DNA of 63,037 nt, filler included, from Reticulomyxa filosa (taxonomy: Eukaryota; Protista; Foraminifera), in the NCBI GenBank assembly GCA_000512085.1. It is 19 parts of 19 records of this genome, joined end to end, with 100 filler letters (N's around TTAATTAATTAA, not from the genome) between each part and the next. Parts side by side here need not be neighbours in the genome. Positions count along the whole stretch, not along the records: positions 50,520 to 52,328 come from ASPP01046094.1; positions 52,429 to 54,082 come from ASPP01026140.1; positions 54,183 to 58,325 come from ASPP01002635.1; positions 58,426 to 59,981 come from ASPP01024210.1; positions 60,082 to 63,037 come from ASPP01022112.1; 14 more parts are not named here. The stretch is one strand, 5' to 3'. Below the pieces are notes generated by a model. The model made no database searches. It saw only the letters and a program-made list of their open reading frames with translations, and was not told the origin of the DNA. Both the position numbers and the translations under genes were made by a program. Position 1 is the first letter of the stretch; each line of letters opens with the position of its first letter. This document shows positions 51,201 through 63,037 of the stretch, one piece after another.

Positions 51201-52691
51201 AAAATTTTTTAACCCCCTCTTGCAAATGCAAACATGTTGAAAAAAAGAACGAACAGTAACAATGATTGACTTTTATGGGTTTGGATTTGTTTTTGAACAG
51301 AAAAATCTTCTGTTTTTGCATAAAAAAAAAGGGAATTATCTCCATTTAATTATCCATTCAGTAAAAACAAAGTTTTTTCAAAAAAAAAAAGCAAACAAAC
51401 GAATGAAAAAACTCAAAATGAATTAAAGACTGATCATTATGGTAGTTTGTTTTGTATTTTCTTTGAAACAAAGAACTAAAATTGAAACATGTCCAGAAAA
51501 GTAATCTCTCCAAAAAAAAATTTGACATAGAATTTGATAGCAATTTCTTTCACTTTTTAAAAAATCAAATGTCACAACACGGTAAATTCAAATTTCTTTT
51601 TTCTCTTTTTAATCAATAAATGTTCTGAAAATAAAAAAATTGTTTGGAATTATACAAAGCACTTTTTGCAATTTTTTCCAAAAAAAACATAATAAAGTGT
51701 AATGGAGTGGATCAGAGAATTTTTTTTATTTTAGCTAACTATTACTTGCCTCTGAACTTAAAAAGACAATTAATAATATCAACAGAACGAGAAGAGAAAT
51801 TAAATATATTTCAAATGACACACTTGTGATTACAATAATTTTTTCAAGAAAGAAAAAAGTGATTGTATGGAAAACAAACACTTCTACAAATATCACTTGA
51901 TTGTTTTGAATTTTTTTTGTTAATTTAACAATTTTTTTTTAACATTTTACATTCTTATTGCTTATAAATAAAAATTAATCTTTTTTATTGTTATATTTTT
52001 TCAAATTTTTCAACGTTTATTGCAAAGATAGTAAATTACTGAACAAACAAAAACGATCAAGTTGTTTCAACTTTTAGAAGTTGAAAGTTTCCATAAAGTT
52101 ACTTTTTTTTTCTTGGATTGAGGTTATGTTTTTTTGTTTTTAATTAAAAAACGATTGTATGCACGAACTTCAAAAAGTATATACTTTTTTCTAAAAGATA
52201 TCATATTCTCAAATCGTATATGTAAAAAAAACTTTTCCATAAGTGAAAACTAATGGCAGATTAAAAACCTTACTACAGTAGGTCACAAAGAAAACTGAAC
52301 GCCTAAAACGATATCTTATGATGATAATNNNNNNNNNNNNNNNNNNNNNNNNNNNNNNNNNNNNNNNNNNNNTTAATTAATTAANNNNNNNNNNNNNNNN
52401 NNNNNNNNNNNNNNNNNNNNNNNNNNNNCTCCAAAAAAAAAAAATTTGCATTGTAGGAAGTAGTCACAATGACAGAAGATGAAGTTGTTTTTTTCTCATT
52501 AACATGGTGTCATCCTAAAAGAAACAAGTGTAACACTTAAAAAAAGGAGCAACCTCCAAAAGAAAAAATTTGAAATGAGATCACCCGACTAAAAAGGGGG
52601 AGGGGGGGGGGAGGAAAAAAAAACTTGCTTTTGAATTTGCGAAGCTACCCCTTTTTTTTTTTTTTTAAATGCAAAGTTCAAAAATCAAGAA

Positions 52692-54082
52692 TGCGCTCAG
52701 CAAAACTCCAATGTGGCAACGAAGCCCCCAAATTGCAGTCATCAGTGGCAAGCGTGTTGCCGTCGTCTCCTTCTTGCAGTGATCTGGGTCCCCCAGATAG
52801 CACTGTGCCGACAACAACGTCGAGCGGATCATTGCAATCGAACCCGAGCAGTAGTAATGTGCTGAGAGCAGGCGAGGAATGTAGTTCAAGATCACAGACG
52901 AATGCAAAAGCATGCAGTCATGAACACCCCTCACAAGTGGCGGATATGTTGATCAACGTGTTGTCTTCCAGTTGTCATCAATTGTTCTCACAGTTTTGAA
53001 AGTATTGTTTTTTTTTTTTTTTGTATAAAAAAAAGTTAGTATTAATGTTAATGTTTTGAAATTGATATTTTAAAAAAAAAAAAAAAATAAATAAATAAAA
53101 TAGAAAAACTATGAAACCGAGTATGCAAATGTATTATTGGGGCGGTGCGGGACAAAGCAAAGAAATGCAAAGTGCTCAGCGCCAATGCGATCATTTGCGA
53201 ATGCATTTGCTAAGCAATGGATTGGGCGGTTATTGCGACAAGACAAACCAAAGCTATGTGACAATAGACTTTAATGCGCCATCCAAGCAATGGCACTACT
53301 TGATCAGCTCATCACTTTTTAAATCACAAATCTGTCATAGTTTATTGGAGCAATTGTTGAATGCAAATGCAAATATAAATATAAATACAAATATAAATAC
53401 AAATACAAATACAAATACAAATACAAATACCACTTCCAATATCAATGTCAATGTCAATACCAATACCAATACCAATACCAATACAATACCAATAATACCA
53501 ATAATACCAATATCAATCCAACGAATACAATTAGACGACGAAGGGGATGTCCTAGATCGAGATTCAAGCCCAACGCTTGTGCCAATGCAAAGTCAAATGG
53601 AAGTGAGTCAGCAACAGCAACAGCAACGACGATATCGGGACATTGGAACGACCCAAACCATCTGGCGACAACGACGAATATAAGCAACATAATGGACAAA
53701 ATAGCGAACAGCAACGAAATGGCTCGTGCGCTCATGGTGACGTGGCTGAACGTGCTGATCTACCATTGCTGCAAATATCCGTTTTTGTCGCAAGAGTTCA
53801 GACGCAGCTTTGCCTCCAGCTCGCTGGTTGACACTGCCCACAAGCAAATCGAGACCATCTTCCACGATCATTGGAACGGCCCTTGTCGTCATCCACAAAG
53901 CATCCTCACAAAGCTCGTCCACGTCCAGTCCAGCTCCCAACGCATCTTCCAAACTCATTTTGACAACGCCGAATTCTGGATTCGATATCATCTGGCCAAA
54001 CACACCGACGGTGAGGCATTTCATTCCAATTGGATACATTCCAAACATTTTATGATCAATCTCCATCCTGATTTCCAATGCT
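52692..54082 (+). CDS. Hypothetical protein, multi-exon, with NT/NI low-complexity tract
   Basis: ORFs 52625-52999, 53111-53683 and 53692-54082 have coding-like composition. No recognisable family, and exon joins are uncertain. Confidence 0.45.
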
Positions 54083-54289
54083 NNNNNNNNNNNNNNNNNN
54101 NNNNNNNNNNNNNNNNNNNNNNNNNNTTAATTAATTAANNNNNNNNNNNNNNNNNNNNNNNNNNNNNNNNNNNNNNNNNNNNTAAAAAAAAAATATATAT
54201 ATATATATGTATATACGTATACATATATGAATTTTTTTTATTTAACACAAATATATACATAAACCATATACATTATATAAAAAGTATAA

Positions 54290-55619
54290 TTATATAAATC
54301 CCCTAATCGCCTCTGGAGATGGCTCCGAATATCCCGAATTCCATGACATTTTAGCCTCTTTGTATATCGACTTTGATGCCAAAGGCCTATTGAAACTATT
54401 GCAGCTGTCGAATTCAATCACTTTCCCCGACACTCGGTCTCTGCTCGAGTCTCGTCTCCAGGAAGTCAATATGCTAATGACCGCTCCTGCATTCCCGCTG
54501 GAACAAAAACTCAAAGGCAGGGTTTTAATGGAATTGGAATGGAAGGACGCACTGGCCATGTACGATGCGTACGCACAACTTTTGTACGAGTGCAATGTCT
54601 TCCTACTGGGTCGCATGGGCATGCACGACGTCGCGCTGCAAGTGATTCTAACCAATATCAAAAAAATGGAAAGGGCTGTTGGCTATATTCAAAAACATGG
54701 GGATGAGTCATTATGGCACAAACTCGTGGACAAGACTTTGACGAATGCGCAAGACTTGATTCCGCAGCTGTTGGCCGCGCTTCGGTCTCATTCGATCAAA
54801 CAAAATCAAAAAGATTTTGCTATTGATTTAATCCAAAGAATTCCAGATGATTTAAAACTTGCTGGATTGAAAGACGAAATGGTGAAGTTGTTCCAAGAAT
54901 ACAACATTGAGGTCTTCTCTATTTGTACATATCTATTTGCACGTATGTACATTGTTTTGGCCATGCTTTGTTTGTATTATATATTACAAAAGATACAACT
55001 CCATCAAGGAACTGCAAATATTCTTGAAAAAGATTGCGTTAAGGAAACCAAGACATTTGTGACCAACTTCCAACGAGGCATTTTGGCGAATATAAAGGTG
55101 CGACCAGAGACTTGTCAGTGCACCATTTGTGGGTTTCCATTATCGCGAAGTCCTTTATGGAATGATGACGATTCCGTATGGCTAAGCACCAATGAAACGG
55201 GGTGGGAAAAGCCAGACCCAATGAATCGTAGCAACGATCAAAGATTTTCCCGTGGCGAGTCTTTTTTTAAAGCGAGAGAAGATCGGAAATTGCTGGAACA
55301 AAAACAAAAAAAATACATGGCTTTTAATAAAACGGACGATAATGATCCAGCCAATGATAAGAATGTTATTGTCGTTGGTGGAGTGTACTCCATTTCGCTG
55401 CAACCAGGCCAATCCCATGACGCTACTGCTTCTTCTAAGACTAGTGGGCACGGCATGCCGCAATGGACAAACTTATCCAAAGATTTACCGACTCTTCGAA
55501 TTTTCTTTTGTGGTCATTATTATCATGAAATATGTTATTCAAAATACACTTCCAATCCAACCAAAGATGAATGTATACGTTGTTGCCCGTCACAAATGAC
55601 AAAGCGCAAAATACTATAA
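54290..55619 (+). CDS. VPS41: VPS41 (HOPS subunit) C-terminal part: clathrin heavy-chain repeat plus RING-H2
   Basis: LYIDFDAKGLLKLLQ; FLLGRMG..DVALQVIL...MERAVGYIQKHGDESLWHKLV; LIQRIPDDLKLAGLKDEMVKLFQEY; C-terminal CTIC...FFCGHYYHEIC...CIRC. Probable intron 54912-54992. Confidence 0.82.
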
Positions 55620-56245
55620 ATACAATCACACTTCCACCTTTTTTTTTTTCAAGCAGGTTTTTGTTTTTTTTATTTGGAAGAAAAAATAATCATTTTCCAA
55701 CAATTGCCGCTTGTGGGACCAATAAAACTGAACAAATTTTTAGTTATTTCTAATTAATAAAATTTAAAAACAAACTAACCAGCATAAAACTTTACTCGAA
55801 TTAATCGAAACTTTTTTATTCGCAAATTCTATGAAAGTCTTGGATGTGACTGATTACGGTCACTCTAAGTTTAGATTAAATTAATAAGAGGATTAAAATC
55901 CAGTTTGGCGATGAGTGATGCACAGATAAGAAAATTAAGTGTGATTTGAGATACCCTTCAAAGAAATTTAAGAAGAATTGGAAGTACCTTTCGCGTCCCC
56001 TTTACCACTGTTTTTTGCTGTTGGCAAAGAAAGGAGCAAAAGTCAATTAATGATTTGTTTTTTTTTTTAACGCACATTCTCATTTCAAACCAGAAGTTGA
56101 CAAGGAAGAATGGGGGAAAAACGTTCCTCTGTCTTAAATGACTGAAGACAAGGTTTTGGATTAACAAAGTGCTTACGAATGTTGATGAACAAACAAGGAG
56201 CAACAACAGCACAAAAAAGGAAATTCTTGACATATTCGCACCAAC

Positions 56246-57050
56246 TTAAATGTCGTGTGCAACGGCATCCATGCCATGTTTATCCCATATTTCTTGTTTG
56301 GCTGTTGCCCATTTGGTATACATTTCAAGTCGTTTTTTCTTAATTTCTTCCAACTCTTCAAAGTCCTATATCAAAAGACACCCACATTTTCTTCTTTGAC
56401 CAAGCACATTTTTTCTGAAACAAAACAAAGCAAATTAGATTACTATTGTTTGGTTATTACCCAAATGTATTTGACGTTAGTAATAGGCGCCAATGCATCG
56501 AAAAACTCTCGGAAGATATTCTTGCAAAAGCGATATTGTCCTTGTTGTTCTCGATGCATGCACTGAGTGGCCAAATCTTTCAGTGCGCCCACATAACCCC
56601 AATAAATGGCGTCTTCCAATTGCGCTCGTTTTTGTAAAGTGCTACGATACATCCACATGTTGTATGTCAGCGCCAAGTGTTGAGCGTGATCTGGTGTGAT
56701 AGAACGACGAGCTTCTGGAAGTGACTCATCAGGAGTTTTGTGCTTGCTCACAAACTTTGTAAACTCTTCATCATCTTTGTCTGGTGGGCCTGTCTCAAAA
56801 AAACAAATCAAAAAACTTTTATTTTTTTTTGCTACCCTGCGTTTTTTTTTTTTAACGTTGATTATTTTGTAAGTCGAGCAAAGAAGACTCAAAGACAATG
56901 TTTGTCACAAAAGGTATTTTTTCTCGGACCATATGGGTTGTTAATTTTAAATTTGTCGTGCCACGCTTGACGAGCGAACTTCCATCTTCTTTGCTCGTCC
57001 ATAGCGTCATATTGGGGGATGCCATGTGCATTCCAAAATTGCTTTGGCAT
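56246..57050 (-). CDS. NDUFB10 (PDSW)-like mitochondrial complex I accessory subunit, 3 exons
   Basis: Spliced reading MPKQFWNAHG...NNPYG|PPDKD...ALKDLATQCMHREQQGQYRFCKNIFREF...N|DFEELEE...HDI-stop (about 185 aa). C-x2-RE-x7-C matches NDUFB10 CQQREGQNYQQNC. Confidence 0.5.
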
Positions 57051-57439
57051 TTTTTTAAAAAAATTTGAATTCTAACAAGTGGCAATGGAGATGAGTTTTG
57101 ATGGATAAGGAGATTTTTTTTGAACAACTACGTTCCGTAAACAAAAAAAAACTACAATAATTTTCACAAGGCACTAAAGTGATTTCGAAATTGGCGCAAA
57201 TTTTTGCCAATTTTGGTACTCAATGACAAAAGAAAGGTTTTGAGAATATTATGTAATTGAAGAGGCATAGCTGAATATATAGTTGTCTATTGGCTTTGAG
57301 TCCACTCAAACTTCCAGAAAGTACTAACCTTTGCAGCAAAGAGATTAGTTGCTATTTAAACGAGGATAATTTGGATTATATTTACAGGAAAAAAAAACAA
57401 GACTAATGTTGCATTACAGTAAAAATGATCGGCAGCTTA

Positions 57440-58120
57440 TCAGGCTTCTCCATAATATTTAAATGGCAACGAAGGACCACCAGAGCCTGCCCCACTTTGT
57501 GTAAATATCATCGTCAAATTTCCAGTTCTTTCATCTTTCACAAAATCTAATTCCAAGTACTCCATCAACAATGAAATGATGTCCTGCGGAACAAAGGCTA
57601 AAGTGTCACATAAAACAGTTAACACCAATGCCTTTTTTTCTAAATCCGCAGGAAAAAATTCCAATAAATCAGGATTTTCAGGCTCTTCAGTCTTGTTCAA
57701 CATGTATCTGCAGTCATATTCGATTTGATATTTTAGTTTTTTCAACTGGAAAGACTTTTCTTTTTGCCATCCGACAAGCTCAATCTCATACGTGTCTGCG
57801 TTTTCCAGAGTTCGAACTGGCATATCTGATTTTGACCACTGTTGGAGCTGTACCTTCAACGACTGCTCCAGTTCGGGAACATTTTGTGGCAAATTTTGTG
57901 ATGAAATGTAACACATCCAAAAGAACTTTCTTTTTAAATCCTTGCGATCTCAGAGTTTGGAAGGGATTCAAGTGTTTGTTGTTGTACCACAAGTTGGTTT
58001 GGTACGGAGGATATCCTTCCTTCTCCCACAATATGAAGAATAATTCCAACACTAGAGTGTCTAAATCCACTTCCAAGGTTATTCCTTTTGTCATAACTTT
58101 TCACACTGACAAAAATATCA
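57440..58120 (-). pseudogene. Ubiquitin-like domain protein, frameshifted (pseudogene or sequencing errors)
   Basis: IFVSVKSYDKR / ITLEVDLDTLV...EKEGYPPYQTNLWYNNKHL...TLRSQG resembles ubiquitin IFVK..GKTITLEV...KEGIPP.QQRL. Shifts near 58085 and 57925 join it to ORF 57440-57916. Confidence 0.6.
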
Positions 58121-58425
58121 CATGAAAAAAAACTCGTTTTTTTTAAAGTAACACTTGCTGTTGAAACGATTGCTGTATGAACTGCACAACATGTGTTGAG
58201 AGTTTCTTCAACATTTTGAATATTTTTAACTTAGACTTGAGACTGGTCCATAGGTGATCTGCTTATCCAAAAAATGGAAACATTACTACAGTAGATTGCA
58301 AAAAAAACTGCCATACCTAAATGGCNNNNNNNNNNNNNNNNNNNNNNNNNNNNNNNNNNNNNNNNNNNNTTAATTAATTAANNNNNNNNNNNNNNNNNNN
58401 NNNNNNNNNNNNNNNNNNNNNNNNN

Positions 58426-58862
58426 GCATGTGTGTGTATCAATGATTTCATGTTGTCCTTTGGTGGATATAGTTGGAATAATAATAAATCCGTTATTCAA
58501 AATCAGTGCACAAGTATTCAATTCGAGAAAACAAATGGATGACATTTCAAAACACTTTACCCAGTACATTATATGGTTGTGTTGCAATATTGAATGAAAA
58601 AGACAATCATATATACATTATTGGAGGAAAAGATAATGAAAAGAAAACAATATCAACCCACATGAAAACGAAAGTACATAAATGGGATCCTTCACAGTTG
58701 GTAATGATTTGTTTATTTTGATGAAAACACAAATAAATAAAGTTGAATGTGATGAATAGTCAAAAAAAGAAAGAAGATTTGTTATTCAACATTGAGTTCG
58801 AATTTTAAAAATAAAATTAGGATGGATCGACGATTTTAATCGAATTATTTTTAAATATGGTA
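58426..58862 (+). pseudogene. Kelch-repeat family gene, 3' part, decayed
   Basis: SVHKYSIRENKWMTFQNTLPSTLYGCVAILNEKDNHIYIIGGKD, an intron, then FVIQH-stop-VRILKIKLGWIDDF (premature TGA at a Trp position). Confidence 0.75.
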
Positions 58863-59039
58863 GATGAAAAAATTTTGAAGGATTTAAAATTATTTTCAAA
58901 TTTTATGAAATAACAAATAATAAATCCTTTATTCATTTTTTGAGTTTTTCATTCGCTTGTTAAAAAACTTTGTTTTTACTGAGCAGATAATTAAATGGAG
59001 AATAATTCCCTTTTTTTTTAATGCAAAAATAGAAGATTT

Positions 59040-59298
59040 TTCCTCATCATTATTGTTATCATCACTTCAAACACTTACATATTCATCACCAACATATGGC
59101 CATACTGTGTCCAATTAATTCAACATCACTTGGATACTCACAGATAAACTTGTATTCGTTTTTGATTGTATCATAAGAATAACAAGCTCTTTTAAGATAA
59201 TCTCCATAAATGAGGAGTTCATGTTTGTGTAGCACATATTGAGAATGATAAAGTGGAATGGGCAACTCCTTCAAAAATTGAAAGGTTTGGTTGCTCAT
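59040..59298 (-). pseudogene. Kelch-repeat family gene, 5' fragment
   Basis: MSNQTFQFLKELPIPLYHSQYVLHKHELLIYGD...CYSYDTIKNEYKFICEYPSDVEL.GH, then a frameshift/stop. The kelch GG is altered to GD. Confidence 0.7.
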
Positions 59299-62200
59299 GT
59301 GGTTAATGTTGAGGAAGTATGAAGTAGTTTAGATTTTTTTAAAAAAAGGGGGAGGAAGTGCATGAAACGAAAATTATTTTTTTCAAATGATAACAGAATA
59401 TATTTTTTCCTGATCATGATTTCCCTTATATTACCATTACTTTTTTTTAAATTCTTGATGTTGTTCTTCAATTTATTTTTCCTCCTAAAACTGATATTAT
59501 ATTGATGTAGCCATGTGAATTTTAATTGAAATTCTAAGTAACTTGTTTTTTTAATTTATTTTATTTGTTAACACAATTATAAATATTGCCCTTTGTATGA
59601 TAAAAATATCTACATTCTCCAAACGTAATACTAATTTTTTAGTGTTTGGAAATAATATGAAGAAATGACAAAGACAACAATCACACAAAAATATGGATTA
59701 TATTATCCTTTCAATCATTCATTTTTTTAAGAGTTGAAATTAAAACAAAAGTTTATACAATTTAATTATGACCCCCAAGAGTTGTGTAATCATCTAAAGA
59801 AACATCAAGCCACGCTTTGTTCATTAAATGTCTTGTACGATAAAGTAATTTCAAATTAATTCATAAAAACATCATTTATGTAATTTATGAAATTGATGCA
59901 ATTACATAATCTTCAATTATTTACACAATCGGGTATTCAAATTTTTATTCTTCAAGCTTAACAAATCAACACATTCAAAAANNNNNNNNNNNNNNNNNNN
60001 NNNNNNNNNNNNNNNNNNNNNNNNNTTAATTAATTAANNNNNNNNNNNNNNNNNNNNNNNNNNNNNNNNNNNNNNNNNNNNACATTCTGTATTACAAAAA
60101 AAATTGTATTATATCATATGAATAAGTGTTTGAGAACAAGAACGTGCAATAAACAAAATGATCTTTATGTTTCCGATTTTTTTATTTCATTAGTTGAAGC
60201 ACCACATGAGGACATGAACTTATTGAATGGAAAATGTTTTATTTGTAAAATCATTGCAACATATCTTTGAATTTCATTAAGAATATTGTCTATTTATCGA
60301 ATTTCAAGCGTATTAATAGTTAACAAAACAAAATCTGTTAGTTTTTGCTTAAATGAACATAGGATATTGTGATGCAACATTGTTTTTTTGGCACAATAAT
60401 ATAGATTTTTTTTTTTCTAGATAACTTCCTACTTATTTCTGCATTAAAGTGTAATGTGTTTGCAAGTGTATACAGACACGTCGTCAAAGAAGGTGCAATA
60501 TATAGTAAAACTGAATGTATTAAAATATTTGTTACTGAAAGATGAGTCGAATAAAGAGCGTCAAATCTCTTTGTGAGACGTCCTCAAAAAAATTAACTCA
60601 CTTTGTTTGTTACGAGAAGGACAAGGTTTTTTTAGTCTGTTTACATAAACTCAACAGATTTTTTCAAGACAGTATCAACAAGGTTAGAAGTTGGTCTGCT
60701 GCTCATTTTCCAAAACTAGTGAAGACATCATAGAAAAAAAATCGAACTCCTTTTTTAAACGTCTTTTCGGATACATTATTTTGACTTTACATTTTTGCAA
60801 AATATTATATTTTTATGTATTGATTGTTTTCTCTTTCTTCAAACAAATGAAAATCATCTCAGATGAAAGGAACTCAAAGGGGGCTAGTCACATTTTTATA
60901 TTTTTTTTATCTATTATGTCTTTGATTTATCAACAAGTTTAAAAGGGTATAAGTTCAATTGCCACGCCTAATGAATCTAATTTAATACTTTTGTCTTCAC
61001 TTAGTGGAAATTCTTGCCAGAGCTACTTTTTTCTTTTGATGTAACTGTAAAACAAATAATTCTAGATAAGTCTTAATTGTAATTGTACTAATGAAGAAAA
61101 TGAAAGAGATAAATCAACAAAAATTTATGAATAAGAAGATTGATAATTTTTTTGTCATAGTTTTGTAAAAAAATTAATTTGGTGATGTTGAAAAAGTCTA
61201 ATCTCAATAATGTTTGCAATCAGCCAGCAAACTAGTAAAGTCGGCATCATTGTTGGCATCAAAGATTTCTTTTATATTCAAATTTCAAATGAAACCTTGA
61301 AGCACTGCAGTGTTGAAAAAAGCTGTCCTTCAAACAAATTATAACTACGTCATTTATGTAACAGACATTAAGATTTGTTGAAATTTCAATACTCGGTCTG
61401 AAAAGACATTTATTTAGTCATTGTATTTTGAATTTTCTTTTAATGATGTTTGAATCATTTAATTTATCATCTCTAGATTATTCAATACATTTATTGGTCA
61501 TAGTAATATTTTACGGAGTATTGATTATTTAGCATTTGGTGATTGAGCAACGAATAGCAATTAATTAATCGATAAGTATCTTATATACAAAGAAAAATTA
61601 TTATAAAGATTGACTTTAGGGGATAGTGTATTTACTGAGTTGTCACATATTATTTTCTTTGATGTCAATAAGGTTAATTCACGATTAGACAAGAGTTAAT
61701 GTATTGATATGATAATATTATTATGTGTTCAAGTAAAATATTTCGTTTCCATTTGTTAGTATACCCACGTAAACAGGAATTTAAAAACAATTTTTCATAA
61801 ACACTAAACAGATACAAAAAACTCTTGTCGGCTCTAAAAAGTTTTTTTTCCAAGAAAGATCGAAATAAATAAAAAACTTATTGTTTTTTGGACAATGAAC
61901 AGCCAAGTACATTAATCAGAAATCACTCTGATAACATACGAACAATAGCAAGTTTTTTGGTTTGAACGAACATTTCACAAGTGTTTTGTAAAGAAAAAAA
62001 GTAATTAAAATTTTAAACAACAAAAAATGGATAATTTTCATCAATTCTCAGTATTGATAATCCTGTTGCGCAAACAAAAACAACTCAAATTGGTAATTTA
62101 AAAAAGTTTATTTTTTGCCACTCCGCTAAAGCGCAATGTCTAAAAAACATAATTTATTTAAGAAAGGGACGAGTGGCGTTGTACAGTGACGCGCCTACTT

Positions 62201-63037
62201 GTTCATGCCAAAGTTGTAAAAATCTTTCAACTTACACAAAAGGTAGAAAAGTTCCTACAAGGAAAAAAAAGAACTTCTTTAGGACAGTGAAACGGTTCAA
62301 AAACAGTCCTTTTTTCCAGCAAGCAACATTGAAAAAATCAATTTATTTGCGTACATCTTAATAATTCGTAAAAATTGATTTTTGATCAGTTAAATTGATC
62401 TATAGATTATCTCCAAACTATTTTCTTTGTCCATAAAAAAGGGACAGAACTCCAAAAAGACTAACTCACGTAGCACAAAAGTTGATACAAATATGATATC
62501 TCCCTTGGTTACTAGGGGACTTTAAATCAGGGAACTATGAAAGAGTTCGAAGAGAAAAAAGTAAAGGTAGCAGAGTTTTTTATGACCAAATTGTAGAAAA
62601 GTAAAGCAGTAACGAGAAATGATCGAATTACGTCTCCGACATTTGACATATTTTCTAAAATGACGACCATTTTTATGAAGCATTTGGCCAATGAATGCCA
62701 TTGTCTCATTGTGTAATGTAAGCAGATTTTTCAATTTTTTTCATTGGTTAATGAAACATAAAAAAATCTCACTTCATTTTTTTTAAAAAAGGACTATATA
62801 AAAAAAAATCATGTTGGCCTTGCAATTAAATTGTAAATTATGCAATGCCATTGACTTTTATGTCATTCTCCAATATTAATAGTTTATTCCTTGATTTATA
62901 TAGTGATTGTTTTAAACAATTCCTATTAAATATCCAGATTAGATTGCAAAACGGCACTGACATGTAATAATTTTGTTTGTAAGAACATGTTTATTGAGAA
63001 TATTCAAAATTTTTCTGATAAATTGCCACAAGTGAGG

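Noticed and set aside
13694-58120. A clustered ubiquitin-defence island (RNF213-like, CUE, RING pair, UBL)
   Set aside because: These genes lie on different contigs separated by artificial spacers, so no linkage can be inferred.
60900-61600. Possible decayed large-GTPase or NTPase gene remnant (also 10080-11380)
   Set aside because: The texture is coding-like, but I could not recover a diagnostic motif. A tBLASTn or HMM search is needed.

Overview
This is not a continuous locus. It is 19 short, AT-rich eukaryotic contigs joined by 18 artificial 100-nt spacers (N44-TTAATTAATTAA-N44), so adjacency across spacers means nothing. The genes have short spliceosomal introns. EFL-type elongation factor remnants, decayed kelch/WD40 family copies and homopolymer-rich introns suggest a rhizarian, probably foraminiferan (Reticulomyxa-like), draft genome; this is inference. 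Recognisable genes: GH38 alpha-mannosidase, SPATA20/YyaL-like, a large RNF213-like AAA+ protein, CDC50, VTI1, GPN1 head-to-head with TRM1, two tandem RING-H2 genes, a COQ11-like SDR, an EEP phosphodiesterase, VPS41, an NDUFB10-like protein, a ubiquitin-like protein and several pseudogenes. Most interesting observations: (1) about 300 aa of three H-type-lectin-like repeats inserted inside the GH38 mannosidase; (2) an RNF213-like protein whose RZ finger keeps its Zn ligands but has Arg at the catalytic Cys position; (3) 3' splice sites preceded by poly-A/poly-G tracts rather than polypyrimidine tracts; (4) an actin-EFL gene-fragment chimera near an integrase remnant; (5) tandem RING-H2 paralogs sharing an extra CGCGD motif; (6) a 28-bp micro-inversion between short inverted repeats. 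All assignments come from manual translation and motif recognition; no searches were run.
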